Shown here piece by piece: positions 30,422 to 40,361 of a DNA stretch of 64,000 bases. Within the stretch, counting starts at the first letter, position 1; each line of letters starts with the position of its first letter. A program made the position numbers and the translations under genes. This DNA comes from an uncultured virus (IMG/VR IMGVR_UViG_3300031625_000002). Taxonomy: Duplodnaviria; Heunggongvirae; Uroviricota; Caudoviricetes. Below the pieces are notes generated by a model. That model worked only from the letters and a program-made list of their open reading frames with translations. It made no database searches and was not told the DNA's origin. The stretch spans positions 1 through 64,000 of IMG/VR virus record IMGVR_UViG_3300031625_000002; one strand, 5' to 3'.

Positions 30422-31476
30422 TTAAGGGAATAAATGTTGATAAGCTTTTGAAGGGCGTCCCTATATGGTTGAGAAACGACTCAACTGTCAAGGAAAAATC
30501 CATAGTTCTACATAGAAATATTAAGGGGATAAAGTTCCCTCACATGGCTAGCGAGAAAGAACTCCAATCAGTTTGCGCCATGGTCGCAAAAAGAATGATG
30601 GGATTGGAAGAGTTCAATGCTTGGGAATTTGATTTGGTTTCGTCAATAAAGAAATTAAATCGGTATATTTTGTATGAGAACAAAGTCGCAGATGAGGCTA
30701 TCATACCAGTTGGAACTGATATGAATGAGCTTCCAATGGCGCTCTTTGTTAACGAAGACGGATCTCAGTCGGTATTCGTCAACTCACAAGACCATATTGA
30801 GGTGCGAGTCAAAAGCGACAAGTTGGGACTTCAAGAGTTGTTGGCGAGAGGTCACTCAATTCTTGAGAGCTTGGGATTCGATTATGCAAAGGTCGATCCA
30901 TTTGGTTATGTAACAGCAAGCCCGGCTTTGATGACCCTTGGCATGGAAGCGCAGATATTCACGCACATTCCTGGGATAATTATATCAGAAAGGAACGAAG
31001 ACTTGGAAAATTTGTTGGAAAACAATAAATTAGTCGCTTCAGGTTTTTTCGGGCACAATACTCATTTCACTTGCAACTTCTATACTTTTGCAAACCAGCA
31101 TATAGCAATGAGATCAGAAGAAGAGATTGCCAATACCTTAGTAGGCGTTTCGAAAAGAATTGAGGCTCTTGAAGAAGAGTGCAGGGAGGAATATGACATC
31201 GAAGATCTTAAGGACATAGTCGCTCGATCATGGGGAACATTGAATTATGCCAATAAGGTAGACTTAATGGAATCGATAGTCGGGCTCAGTCATTTACTTA
31301 TGGGCACGGAGTTAGGTCTTTTGAAAAACGTTTCAAAAGAAAAAACAAAACAAGCCTTGTCAGATGTCTTTCATTATAAAATATTAAAGCGGCATAAATG
31401 TCCACCAGACAATGTTGATTTTATTCGAGCGAAGGGGATCAAGAAAACCTTAAATGGAAAGAGGGAAGCGAATTGA
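30418..31476 (+). CDS. mcsB: McsB-like ATP:guanido phosphotransferase, catalytic motifs degenerate
   Basis: RNIKGIKFP, VNSQDH, FGYVTASP, HIPG, NQ, RSWGTL; coupled to mcsA-like gene. Confidence 0.8.
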   Translation: MIKGINVDKLLKGVPIWLRNDSTVKEKSIVLHRNIKGIKFPHMASEKELQSVCAMVAKRMMGLEEFNAWEFDLVSSIKKLNRYILYENKVADEAIIPVGTDMNELPMALFVNEDGSQSVFVNSQDHIEVRVKSDKLGLQELLARGHSILESLGFDYAKVDPFGYVTASPALMTLGMEAQIFTHIPGIIISERNEDLENLLENNKLVASGFFGHNTHFTCNFYTFANQHIAMRSEEEIANTLVGVSKRIEALEEECREEYDIEDLKDIVARSWGTLNYANKVDLMESIVGLSHLLMGTELGLLKNVSKEKTKQALSDVFHYKILKRHKCPPDNVDFIRAKGIKKTLNGKREAN

Positions 31477-32573
31477 GCGAGACTACGACTACCACCAGAA
31501 AGGCGAGAGCTAAAAAATCAACCGGACCTATTGATATGAATACATCAATTGATAAGATCGTTCCATTGTTTAAGAGCAAGGAACCAAAGGCAGCTATATT
31601 TATGCATCAGACCCCAGACCCAGACGCTATTGGATCAGCAGTGGGTCTCCAATATCTCCTTAAGCATAAATACAAGGTCGAAAGCGATATATTTTATGCT
31701 GGCGAGGTTTCGCATAGACAGAATCAAACATTGATGAATGTATTGTCATTTTCATTCTATGGACCAGATCATTATGGGAAAAATAAAAAATCATATGACG
31801 CAGGGATCTGTGTTGATTGCAACCCGTCGAATGTATTTATTGAGGGCGTCGATGACAGCACTATTGACTTGGTCATTGATCACCACAAAATAGAAACATC
31901 AAATAACAGTGTTGTGTATGATGTTAGGAATTGCGGATCATGTGCCACTATCATTGCTGATTTAATGAGAGAGATAGATTGTCTCCCGAAAGGCGACGAA
32001 GGAAAGACTGTAGCTACCGCTATGATCGTTGGGATGCGAACAGACACAAATGATTTATTGTCGGCAAATATGACAGACCTTGATTTCGACGCCTACAAAA
32101 ACATATTAGCTCTTGCAGACGGTCAAAAGATCACAATGATTGTGAATTACCCCAAGGCATCTTATTACTTCGAACTTCTCAGTAAGGTGATTGCAGAGAG
32201 TACAATAAAGAATACAACCTACATAGCATCTGTTGGATTGATTTCCGAGGCTAAACGCGATGTTCTTCCATCTATTGCTGACGAAATTGTCAGAATGGAA
32301 GGAATCTCAACCTCAATCATATTTGGCATAGTGAACGATAGGATATCTGTTAGTGTAAGAAGTGAAGACGTAACACTTGATGTGAACGCTTTTTGCAAGA
32401 AGATATTTGGAGATGAGTTCTCAGGTGGAAAATATGGGTCTGGTGGAGCAAGCATTCCACTTGGATTCTTTGGAGGGATAGCTTCTGAACCGGATGCTGT
32501 AAAAGACAAGACGGTAGATGCTATCAAAACAAAATTAACACATATCATTGAGAAAGAAGTCACAAGTGAGTAA
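31473..32573 (+). CDS. DHH/DHHA1 phosphoesterase
   Basis: HQTPDPDAIGS, IDHH, TDT, SVRS, GGKYGSGG. Confidence 0.9.
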   Translation: MSETTTTTRKARAKKSTGPIDMNTSIDKIVPLFKSKEPKAAIFMHQTPDPDAIGSAVGLQYLLKHKYKVESDIFYAGEVSHRQNQTLMNVLSFSFYGPDHYGKNKKSYDAGICVDCNPSNVFIEGVDDSTIDLVIDHHKIETSNNSVVYDVRNCGSCATIIADLMREIDCLPKGDEGKTVATAMIVGMRTDTNDLLSANMTDLDFDAYKNILALADGQKITMIVNYPKASYYFELLSKVIAESTIKNTTYIASVGLISEAKRDVLPSIADEIVRMEGISTSIIFGIVNDRISVSVRSEDVTLDVNAFCKKIFGDEFSGGKYGSGGASIPLGFFGGIASEPDAVKDKTVDAIKTKLTHIIEKEVTSE

Positions 32574-32882
32574 CAATGGCGAATTATTTTAAAACGAAAA
32601 GACTAAAGAAGCATATAGCAACACTTCATAATAAACGTATCATTCATACTGATCACCTCGGAGTTCCAGGTGTAGATGCTGATAGATTTGCTTCTTATGT
32701 AATGACTAAGATTAGACCCGATGACATCGACGATTTGACAGACGCAACAATAGCATTTATTTCAAATGTGAGAATGAATAAATCATTTGAAGATATAAGG
32801 CATAAAGCTATTGTTGCCAAGTTGTCGGAAGTTTCAGTTGAAATAGATTTAACAACCACTACAAAAAAGGCGTAGAAGGATT

Positions 32883-35453
32883 ATGGAGAGACACAAGTAT
32901 TCTTACGATGAAGTCATTGAAAAAAGCACAGAGTATTTTAATGGCGACGATTTGGCAGCATCAACATGGGCTAATAAATATGCCCTAAGAGATTCAGACG
33001 GGAATTATTATGAAAACACTCCAACTCAGATGTTTTCACGCATGTCCGGTGAGTTTATTAGAATTGAGGATAAAATAAACGAAAAAGCCGTTATCAAAAA
33101 GCATGGAAAAAAGTTGTCAAAATACTATCGAGAAAGGACCAAGTTAACCGAAGAATACATTTACAACATGTTTGATGGATTCAAGTACGTTGTTCCTCAA
33201 GGGTCTATCATGTCCATGCTTGGTAATGAATTTCAAATTGGATCATTGTCAAATTGCATCGTTATTGAAGAGTTGTTTGATAGCTATGGTGGCATTTGTT
33301 ACGCAGATCAACAGTTAGTTCAATTGATGAAGAGACGTTGCGGTGTTGGTCTTGATATTAGTCCATTAAGACCAGAAGGGGAAAACGTTAATAACGCTGC
33401 TAAGACATCCACTGGTGCGATATCTTTTATGGAACGATTCAGTGAAACTACGAGAGAGGTGGCACAATCGGGTCGAAGGGGAGCACTTATGTTGTCGATG
33501 GATGGACGCCATCCAAACGTTGATAGTTTCGCGACGATCAAGAATGATGACACAAAGGTCACTGGCGCGAATATCTCAATTAAGTTGATGGACGATTTTA
33601 TGAGAGCGGTAGAAAATGATGGTGAATACAAGTTGCAATGGCCAGTCGAGTCTTCAGATCCAACAGTCACAAGAACTGTAAAGGCTAAAGAACTTTGGGA
33701 GACGATTATTAGTTCCGCGCATCTTCGTGCAGAGCCGGGGTTGATCTTCTGGGATCGCCAGCATTTCTATTCCACTTCATCCTTGTATCCGCAATACAAA
33801 AACATTTCTACTAATCCATGCGCTGAAATCGCAATGGGTAATGACTCTTGTAGATTAATGGCGCTCGTACTTTTTGGATTCATTGACAATCCATTTACGA
33901 ATAGAGCCAGGTTCAACTACGATAAGTTTTATGAATACGTCTATGAATCACAAAGGTTGATGGACGACGTTGTTGAATTGGAGCTTGAACATGTAAAAAG
34001 GATCATTGAAAAGATCAAGTCAGATCCTGAGCCGGATCATATTAAGCAAGTAGAGATCGCGACTTGGGAAAGGCTTTATGAGTCAGGTAAAAACGGAAGA
34101 CGCACTGGATTAGGGTTCACTGCACTTGCTGACACGCTTGCTGCGTTGGGTATCAAGTTCGATTCGAAAAAGGCCCTCAAGGTTACTGATGAGATCATGA
34201 GGGTTAAGTTGAAAGCCGAGTGGGATTCATCAATTGATATGGCGATTGAAAGAGGTCAATTTGTTGGGTTCGATAAAGAGATTGAAGATCAGTCAGAATT
34301 CATCCACATGGTTAAAAAAGAGTTCCCTGAGATTTATGCACGTAATATGGAATATGGAAGGCGTAATATTTCAATCAGCACATTAGCTCCCTGTGGAAGC
34401 GTGTCAATCGAAGCGCAAACTTCGTCTGGTGGGGAAGCCCTCTTCGCATTGAAGTTCGGTCGTAGAAGAAAGGTCAACCCAAATGATGAAGAGGTCAGAG
34501 TTGACTTTGTGGATGAACAGGGCGATAGCTGGATGTATTTTGAAGTTGAGCATGAAAGATTAAAGCAATGGTCTGAAGTCACCGGGAATAAGAATTATGA
34601 TGAGTCACCATATTTTGGATGTACCGCTCATGATATTGATTGGAACTACAGGGTTAAACTCCAGGGTGTGATTCAGAAGTACACAACACATTCTGTTTCA
34701 TCAACAATCAACTTGCCTAATGATGTTTCATTGGAAGAGGTGTCAGATATTTATATGGCCTCATGGAAAGAGGGATTGAAAGGAATCACTATATATAGAG
34801 ATGGTTGCCGTAGTGGAGTGTTGATTTTGAGCGAGACAGACGACGATGGTAGACCTGTTAACATTGTTTCCTCTCAAGCGCCAAAGAGGCCGGAATTCTT
34901 ACCATGTGATATCCATGTCACAAACATCAAAGGGGTCAAGTGGGTGTTCCTTATCGGAATGTTAAATGAAAGACCCTATGAAGTGTTTGGCGGCAAATTT
35001 GATGACATCATCATTCCTGCCAAATATATAGGGGGAAGGACTGATCCTAATGTTAAATGGAAAGCAACTGACTTGACAGCAGCTATTTTTAAAAATGATG
35101 GTCATTACGATCTTAATCTTTCAGACCCGAAAAAAGTAGTTAACGATCATTCTGAATCAACTTTGATAGAAGACATCGCGTCCCATTTCAGTGTTGATTT
35201 GGGAACTCCGACAAGATTGATTTCAATGCTCTTACGTCATGGCGTTTCAATAAATAACATTTGTGAGCAGATCAAAAAGATTCCGCAGGAAGACACAATG
35301 TTGACCTTTGAAAAAGGTGTTGGCAGAGTGTTGAAGAAGTACATCGACGATAATACAAAGGCCAAGGGGACATGTCCTGAGTGCGAACGCCATTTGATTT
35401 ATGAAGGCGGTTGTGTGAAGTGTTCAAGTTGTCATTGGTCAAAATGCGAGTAG
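32883..35453 (+). CDS. nrdJ: class II (adenosylcobalamin) ribonucleotide reductase
   Basis: LSNC, GRRGALM, TNPCAEI, RRTGLG, KGITIYRDG, C-terminal CPEC..CSSC; no nrdB in window. Confidence 0.9.
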   Translation: MERHKYSYDEVIEKSTEYFNGDDLAASTWANKYALRDSDGNYYENTPTQMFSRMSGEFIRIEDKINEKAVIKKHGKKLSKYYRERTKLTEEYIYNMFDGFKYVVPQGSIMSMLGNEFQIGSLSNCIVIEELFDSYGGICYADQQLVQLMKRRCGVGLDISPLRPEGENVNNAAKTSTGAISFMERFSETTREVAQSGRRGALMLSMDGRHPNVDSFATIKNDDTKVTGANISIKLMDDFMRAVENDGEYKLQWPVESSDPTVTRTVKAKELWETIISSAHLRAEPGLIFWDRQHFYSTSSLYPQYKNISTNPCAEIAMGNDSCRLMALVLFGFIDNPFTNRARFNYDKFYEYVYESQRLMDDVVELELEHVKRIIEKIKSDPEPDHIKQVEIATWERLYESGKNGRRTGLGFTALADTLAALGIKFDSKKALKVTDEIMRVKLKAEWDSSIDMAIERGQFVGFDKEIEDQSEFIHMVKKEFPEIYARNMEYGRRNISISTLAPCGSVSIEAQTSSGGEALFALKFGRRRKVNPNDEEVRVDFVDEQGDSWMYFEVEHERLKQWSEVTGNKNYDESPYFGCTAHDIDWNYRVKLQGVIQKYTTHSVSSTINLPNDVSLEEVSDIYMASWKEGLKGITIYRDGCRSGVLILSETDDDGRPVNIVSSQAPKRPEFLPCDIHVTNIKGVKWVFLIGMLNERPYEVFGGKFDDIIIPAKYIGGRTDPNVKWKATDLTAAIFKNDGHYDLNLSDPKKVVNDHSESTLIEDIASHFSVDLGTPTRLISMLLRHGVSINNICEQIKKIPQEDTMLTFEKGVGRVLKKYIDDNTKAKGTCPECERHLIYEGGCVKCSSCHWSKCE

Positions 35454-35578
35454 TGAGGGATAAAAATGGTTGACATTACAATGCATTTAGGAATGTTGGG
35501 TTTGATCATTTTGGATGACTTTATTCGCTCGGCGACTGCCGCTATCTATGTAAGAATGAAAATATCTTCCTCGCTCTC

Positions 35579-35606
35579 TTGACACCGGCAATATCCGTGC
35601 TATAGT
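35579..35606 (+). promoter_or_regulatory. sigma70-like promoter (16-bp spacer)
   Basis: TTGACA-N16-TATAGT. Confidence 0.7.
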
Positions 35607-35633
35607 AGACGAACATAACATGAGGAAACTACT

Positions 35634-36245
35634 ATGTACTGTTTTGATATTGGGCCGATTGGCGTGACGAAGTTCGGCGAGAGAAATTTTGATCCGAGCT
35701 TTGGGCCGACGAAGATCCTTGATTTTACCCCTCTTGAATTTTCTACTCGTGTATCTTCCATGTTGGATTCTGGCCCGTCTATACCTGTTATAGATGGCTA
35801 TGCTGATTTCTGCAAGCTCATTCCGTTGCCGAATTTTACCGCTGCAAGAACTGGTTCTTTGCCAATCACGATTGAGAATTATCAATACCTTCGTTCTGGA
35901 TATTCTGCAAGAACAGAGAAAGAGCTTCCGGTATTGTCACGCTGGTTTGAACTTCCCCTTGGGAAGCCAAAGGCAGAGTACTTGATGATTGTGGTCTACA
36001 ATTGGGAACAACTCAAGGCAGAGCATGAGGTTGACAATGTATTTGATGTACCGTTTGAATTCGACTATAAGTGGGGGATCGTGGCGATTCTTGGGCAAAT
36101 GCACCCCAATGAAGAACCCATGAAACCAATCACGATGCTCAGGAATTCCCTTGGAAAAGAAGAGGGGGGATCAGGAGTCCCGATAGATCGAGAAAGATAT
36201 GATAAGTCAGTTGAATTTTGGAAAATCAACGCTACAGTAAAATGA
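35634..36245 (+). CDS. DUF3228-like protein
   Basis: DGYADFCK, LRSGYSART.KELPVL.RWF, PITMLRN.LGKEEGGSGVP. Confidence 0.75.
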   Translation: MYCFDIGPIGVTKFGERNFDPSFGPTKILDFTPLEFSTRVSSMLDSGPSIPVIDGYADFCKLIPLPNFTAARTGSLPITIENYQYLRSGYSARTEKELPVLSRWFELPLGKPKAEYLMIVVYNWEQLKAEHEVDNVFDVPFEFDYKWGIVAILGQMHPNEEPMKPITMLRNSLGKEEGGSGVPIDRERYDKSVEFWKINATVK

Positions 36246-36893
36246 ATCGTAAACAATAAGTATAGAAAAACAATGAGAATTATCGAAACAGAAGGACTTC
36301 CAATATACTGTTGGGCAGAATCTTCTTGGTTTGTCATTGATGACAGCCAGGGATTGTATTGTACAGAATAGATTTCCTAAACCATTGGAGGAATTTGATG
36401 CAACTTCTTAAGGATTATCGTGACTCAATAAGTAATCTTCAAAAGTATTTTGGATGTACGGTTTTTGACTTCTCTGACCATACTGATGACTTTTGGGTTA
36501 TAAGAAATGGGAAGGTTTATTTTGACGAAGACCCGTTTCTCGATCATGAGTGTTGCCGGTATTGTCACGAGGTATATCTTGAGTGGGATGACGATGAAAT
36601 AGGAAAACATCTTGAGCTTTATACACGGGACAATTATACGATGATTCATATTAATGATGGTTGTGGCGGTGATCACTATTCAGTGTTTGACAACAAATAC
36701 AGGGTGGTATTATGAGTGAAAAGATAGATAGCGAATCAGAATATTGGTTAAGATTTTTCAAGCCAACAATCTTCTTTTTTATAAATTTACTCTTATTTGT
36801 ATTACAAGTAATTCCAGCTATAATTGGATTTTTGTCTCATGTAGTTTATCAAGGATTAAAATCTGGATGGGATATTTACGGGTCGTTATTCGA

Positions 36894-37676
36894 ATGAAAA
36901 CAATTACATTGACAATTAATCCCGAACCATATCGGCTTTCATATTTGCAGAGTACGGTGGCCTCATTAAATGCAAATAATACAGCGGGATATAGGCTTTT
37001 AATAAACATGGAGCCCGCTGGTAATTTTTCAGCACAATCTGCACAAAGATCAATGGTTGAAATTATTGAATCGATTGAGATGCCCTATGAGCTTAAAATC
37101 AATGATGAAAAATTGGGACTCGACAAAAATCTTTTCAATTGTATATTCTGGGCATTTGAGGGTGGTAGCGAGTTTAACGTCCATATTGAAGATGATGTTA
37201 CCCTTTCGCCAAACGCCTTGGACCTTGCTAATTGGTACTATGAAACATTCAAGGATAAATCCGAAGATTATTTCTCCTACGGATTACACAGTTTTGATGG
37301 CAAGGGGGCCAATGAGTGTGAAATTATTCCAATCGAATACTTTATGGGATGGGGATGGTGTGTGTTTAAGTGTAACTGGGAGATCGACTTCGGTCCTTAC
37401 TGGTTCGACTACGATTTAGCCGCTGAAGTCCTCGGAGACACCATTAAAATGGGTGATATAGATATTAAGATGAGGCATTCCTGGGACGGATGCATCTTAG
37501 CCCATTGTAAGAAAAACAATTTAAAGCAGTTGGTTCCGAGCATATCACGTAGCAGGCATGATGGAATGTTTGGAAAACATACTGATCCGAGTCTTTTTCC
37601 AGCAGATTTCGTCGGTAAAAACATAAGCAGGAAAAGTCTTAATGAGTTGCCGTCCAACTACTTCTTAAGTGAATAA
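36894..37676 (+). CDS. GT-A glycosyltransferase-like protein
   Basis: HIEDD, WGW, SWD, SRSRHDG. Confidence 0.6.
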   Translation: MKTITLTINPEPYRLSYLQSTVASLNANNTAGYRLLINMEPAGNFSAQSAQRSMVEIIESIEMPYELKINDEKLGLDKNLFNCIFWAFEGGSEFNVHIEDDVTLSPNALDLANWYYETFKDKSEDYFSYGLHSFDGKGANECEIIPIEYFMGWGWCVFKCNWEIDFGPYWFDYDLAAEVLGDTIKMGDIDIKMRHSWDGCILAHCKKNNLKQLVPSISRSRHDGMFGKHTDPSLFPADFVGKNISRKSLNELPSNYFLSE

Positions 37677-37752
37677 AAATAACCTTGAAAAGAGGGAAGG
37701 AAACCCCTTAATAATCAAGTAAACACATAGGGTAACTGAAAGGAAAATCAGC

Positions 37753-38241
37753 ATGGCCACAGAGATAAAATATATAGAAGGAGACGCAACGTCTCCGATA
37801 GGAGATGGACAGAAATTCATTCTCCATTGTTGCAATGATCTCGGATTGTGGGGTGCTGGATTTGTTCTTGCAATAAGTAGGAAGTGGGACAACCCAGAGG
37901 CATTTTACAGATGTTGGCATGATATAAAGGAAGAAGAGTATTCTGATTTTGAATTAGGATCATATCAAGTTGTCCCTGTTGAACCAAGCATGTATGTAGT
38001 CAATTTAATTGGCCAGCATGGAGTAGGATTAGAAAACGGTCCTCCAGTACGTTATGACGCCTTAGAAACAGGAATGAAAGGCTTATGTATGATCAAGAAC
38101 ACTACTCCATCAATGAGTATTCACATGCCCAGGATCGGCTGCGGTTTAGCAGGCGGGAAATGGGAACTTGTCGAAAACACTATTAAGAAAACTTTTTGTG
38201 AAGCCGAAATTCCGGTTACAGTATACGATTATAACCCATAA
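37753..38241 (+). CDS. macro domain protein (Poa1p/DarG-like)
   Basis: EGDAT, HCCND.G.WGAGF, MPRIGCGLAGG.W. Confidence 0.92.
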   Translation: MATEIKYIEGDATSPIGDGQKFILHCCNDLGLWGAGFVLAISRKWDNPEAFYRCWHDIKEEEYSDFELGSYQVVPVEPSMYVVNLIGQHGVGLENGPPVRYDALETGMKGLCMIKNTTPSMSIHMPRIGCGLAGGKWELVENTIKKTFCEAEIPVTVYDYNP

Positions 38242-38264
38242 CAAAAACCATCTCAGGAGGACCC

Positions 38265-38558
38265 GTGAGAACTATTACTAACGCCAACCTAAATGAACTA
38301 TCGAAAACAAGTACTATGCTTATAGAGTTTTCATCTCAAAATTGTGCCCCATGCAAAATGCAAAAAGAAATTTTAACCGGCATGGAGGGAGAACGAAGTG
38401 ACGTTGTTTTCGGCAACGTAAATATCGAAGACGAATATAGTTTGGTTGATAAATTCAAAATCAACAGTGTCCCAACAATTGTCGTCATGAAAGACGGAAA
38501 AGAATCAGACCGATTTGTTGGTCTTCATCAAGAGTCGAGCATCGCTAACGCACTCTAA
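38265..38558 (+). CDS. thioredoxin
   Basis: CAPC, SVPT. Confidence 0.88.
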   Translation: MRTITNANLNELSKTSTMLIEFSSQNCAPCKMQKEILTGMEGERSDVVFGNVNIEDEYSLVDKFKINSVPTIVVMKDGKESDRFVGLHQESSIANAL

Positions 38559-38573
38559 CATAGGGGTTAATGT

Positions 38574-38610
38574 AAAACGGGGAGTGAACAATTATTCACT
38601 CCCCGTTTTG
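38574..38610 (+). terminator. intrinsic terminator (possibly bidirectional)
   Basis: AAAACGGGGAGTGAA ... TTCACTCCCCGTTTT. Confidence 0.8.
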
Positions 38611-38622
38611 TGTTTCTGACAA

Positions 38623-39366
38623 TTGAACTACGAAAATACCATAATATGTGACGAATGTGAGAACGTTATTCCAAATCTCCCTGACGATTCAGTGGATATG
38701 ATTGTAACGTCCCCGCCATATAACGTCAACCTTGGAAAGAACAAGTATAACAGTCATGAGTATGATCAATACGATGATAACAAAAAGCACGATTCATATA
38801 TTACTTGGTTGTGTGGAATATTAAATTCGTTCGGGCCAAAGTTAAAAATAGGCGGCAGAGTCTGCATCAATATCAATGATGGCAAGAATGGTCGAATTCC
38901 AACATGCTCAGATTTGATACAAGGCTTGAATTACAAACCATTTGCACACATAGTTTGGGACAAGGGACATACCAGCAACCGGACAGCTTGGGGCAGTTGG
39001 TTGTCACCATCAATGCCAAGTTTCCCAACTCCTTTTGAAAGGATACTTGTATTTTCCAAAGGTGAGTATAAGTTACAGTACAAAGGGGAAACTGACTTAG
39101 AACGAGAGGAATTCATTCAGTGGGCGAATTCTATCTGGCGCTTCAAGCCAGAGAACAGAAAGAATCATCCAGCCCCTTTCCCATTAGAGCTTCCCAAAAG
39201 ATTAATCAAAATGCTTTCTTGGAAAGACGCCTTTATTGTAGATCCATTTAACGGATCTGGAACCACTACGTTAGCCTGTAAAATGTTTGGACGCAGATAC
39301 TTGGGGATAGACCTTTCCGAAGAGTACTGCACAGACGCAAGAGATAGGATAGATGAATATGATTGA
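38623..39366 (+). CDS. N4-C/N6-A DNA methyltransferase (beta class)
   Basis: TSPPYN, HPAPFP, DPFNGSGTT. Confidence 0.93.
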   Translation: MNYENTIICDECENVIPNLPDDSVDMIVTSPPYNVNLGKNKYNSHEYDQYDDNKKHDSYITWLCGILNSFGPKLKIGGRVCININDGKNGRIPTCSDLIQGLNYKPFAHIVWDKGHTSNRTAWGSWLSPSMPSFPTPFERILVFSKGEYKLQYKGETDLEREEFIQWANSIWRFKPENRKNHPAPFPLELPKRLIKMLSWKDAFIVDPFNGSGTTTLACKMFGRRYLGIDLSEEYCTDARDRIDEYD

Positions 39367-40084
39367 TTGGACACGACATGAAGAATATGAGTCCTTGGAG
39401 CGGTTAAAACGTTGGCCTAAATTGATGGATAGATTTACCAGAGTGAGGATTTATTCTGGACAATGGGGAGCATATTGGCTTGGTGAAGGCAATGGACACA
39501 CTGAAAATCCAAACGAATCAAACGTTTATGACATGAAAATCGCTTTTCCCAAGACGAATCATTGTGGCCCTGAGAAACAGATTAGATTTGTTGAAGCCAA
39601 TGAAGTAATAATTGATCGACCGTTATATGTGGCGATAGATTTTGACGACACTCTCAGATTCAATAAAAAGTGGGGTGGTAAGCGGGGTGGTAAAAGAGTT
39701 GATCATATAATACGTCTTACAAGAATCTTTAAGAAGCGGGGATGGACTACAATATTGTGGACATGTCGAGGCGATAAGTGTGAAGAGAGAGCTAAGAAAT
39801 GGTGCTTAAGGAATGACATCCCCATCGATAAATACAATGAGAATGAAGAGGCGAAGAGGTTGTTTGAAGGGAAAAACGGTAGTGGATGGATCTGGTCACC
39901 AAAGATATTCGCCGATGTTTACATTGACGATAGTGCTATAAACCCATTCTTTTTAATGGCATTGGAGACCATAGATAGCATAGACATAAGCGATGATAAG
40001 TTGGAAGAGATCGTCATGTCCTTAGAAAAGCACTGCAAACACAAATATTTTACATTTGAGAAAAATCACAAAATAAAGGTGTGA
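39353..40084 (+). CDS. HAD-superfamily (BT0820-like) domain fused to unknown N-terminal domain
   Basis: AIDFDDTL, LWTCR, KIFADVYIDD. Confidence 0.75.
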   Translation: MNMIDWTRHEEYESLERLKRWPKLMDRFTRVRIYSGQWGAYWLGEGNGHTENPNESNVYDMKIAFPKTNHCGPEKQIRFVEANEVIIDRPLYVAIDFDDTLRFNKKWGGKRGGKRVDHIIRLTRIFKKRGWTTILWTCRGDKCEERAKKWCLRNDIPIDKYNENEEAKRLFEGKNGSGWIWSPKIFADVYIDDSAINPFFLMALETIDSIDISDDKLEEIVMSLEKHCKHKYFTFEKNHKIKV

Positions 40085-40361
40085 CCGTTTGTAATCGGCT
40101 TTTGCTGATCTACATTAGTTGCAACCAATAACCAGAGGCGAATATTATGAGTGATCCAATTGAAGTTGTCGGTGCAGTAGCCGAAGCAGTAGTGGAAATT
40201 GATCCTGTCGAGGTTGTGGGAGCAACTGTCGAGGTCGCGGGCGAATTATTTGAGTCAGCACTTGATATTTTAGGGTTTTAGAATATCTCTTCAACACAGC
40301 TTGAAAACCAGGTTTGGCGAGCTATATTCTAACCTTAACCAAACAACAGGAGAGCATCAAA

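Noticed and set aside
36273..36330. Possible RtcB N-terminal remnant (MRIIETEGLPIYCW)
   Set aside because: Too short to support
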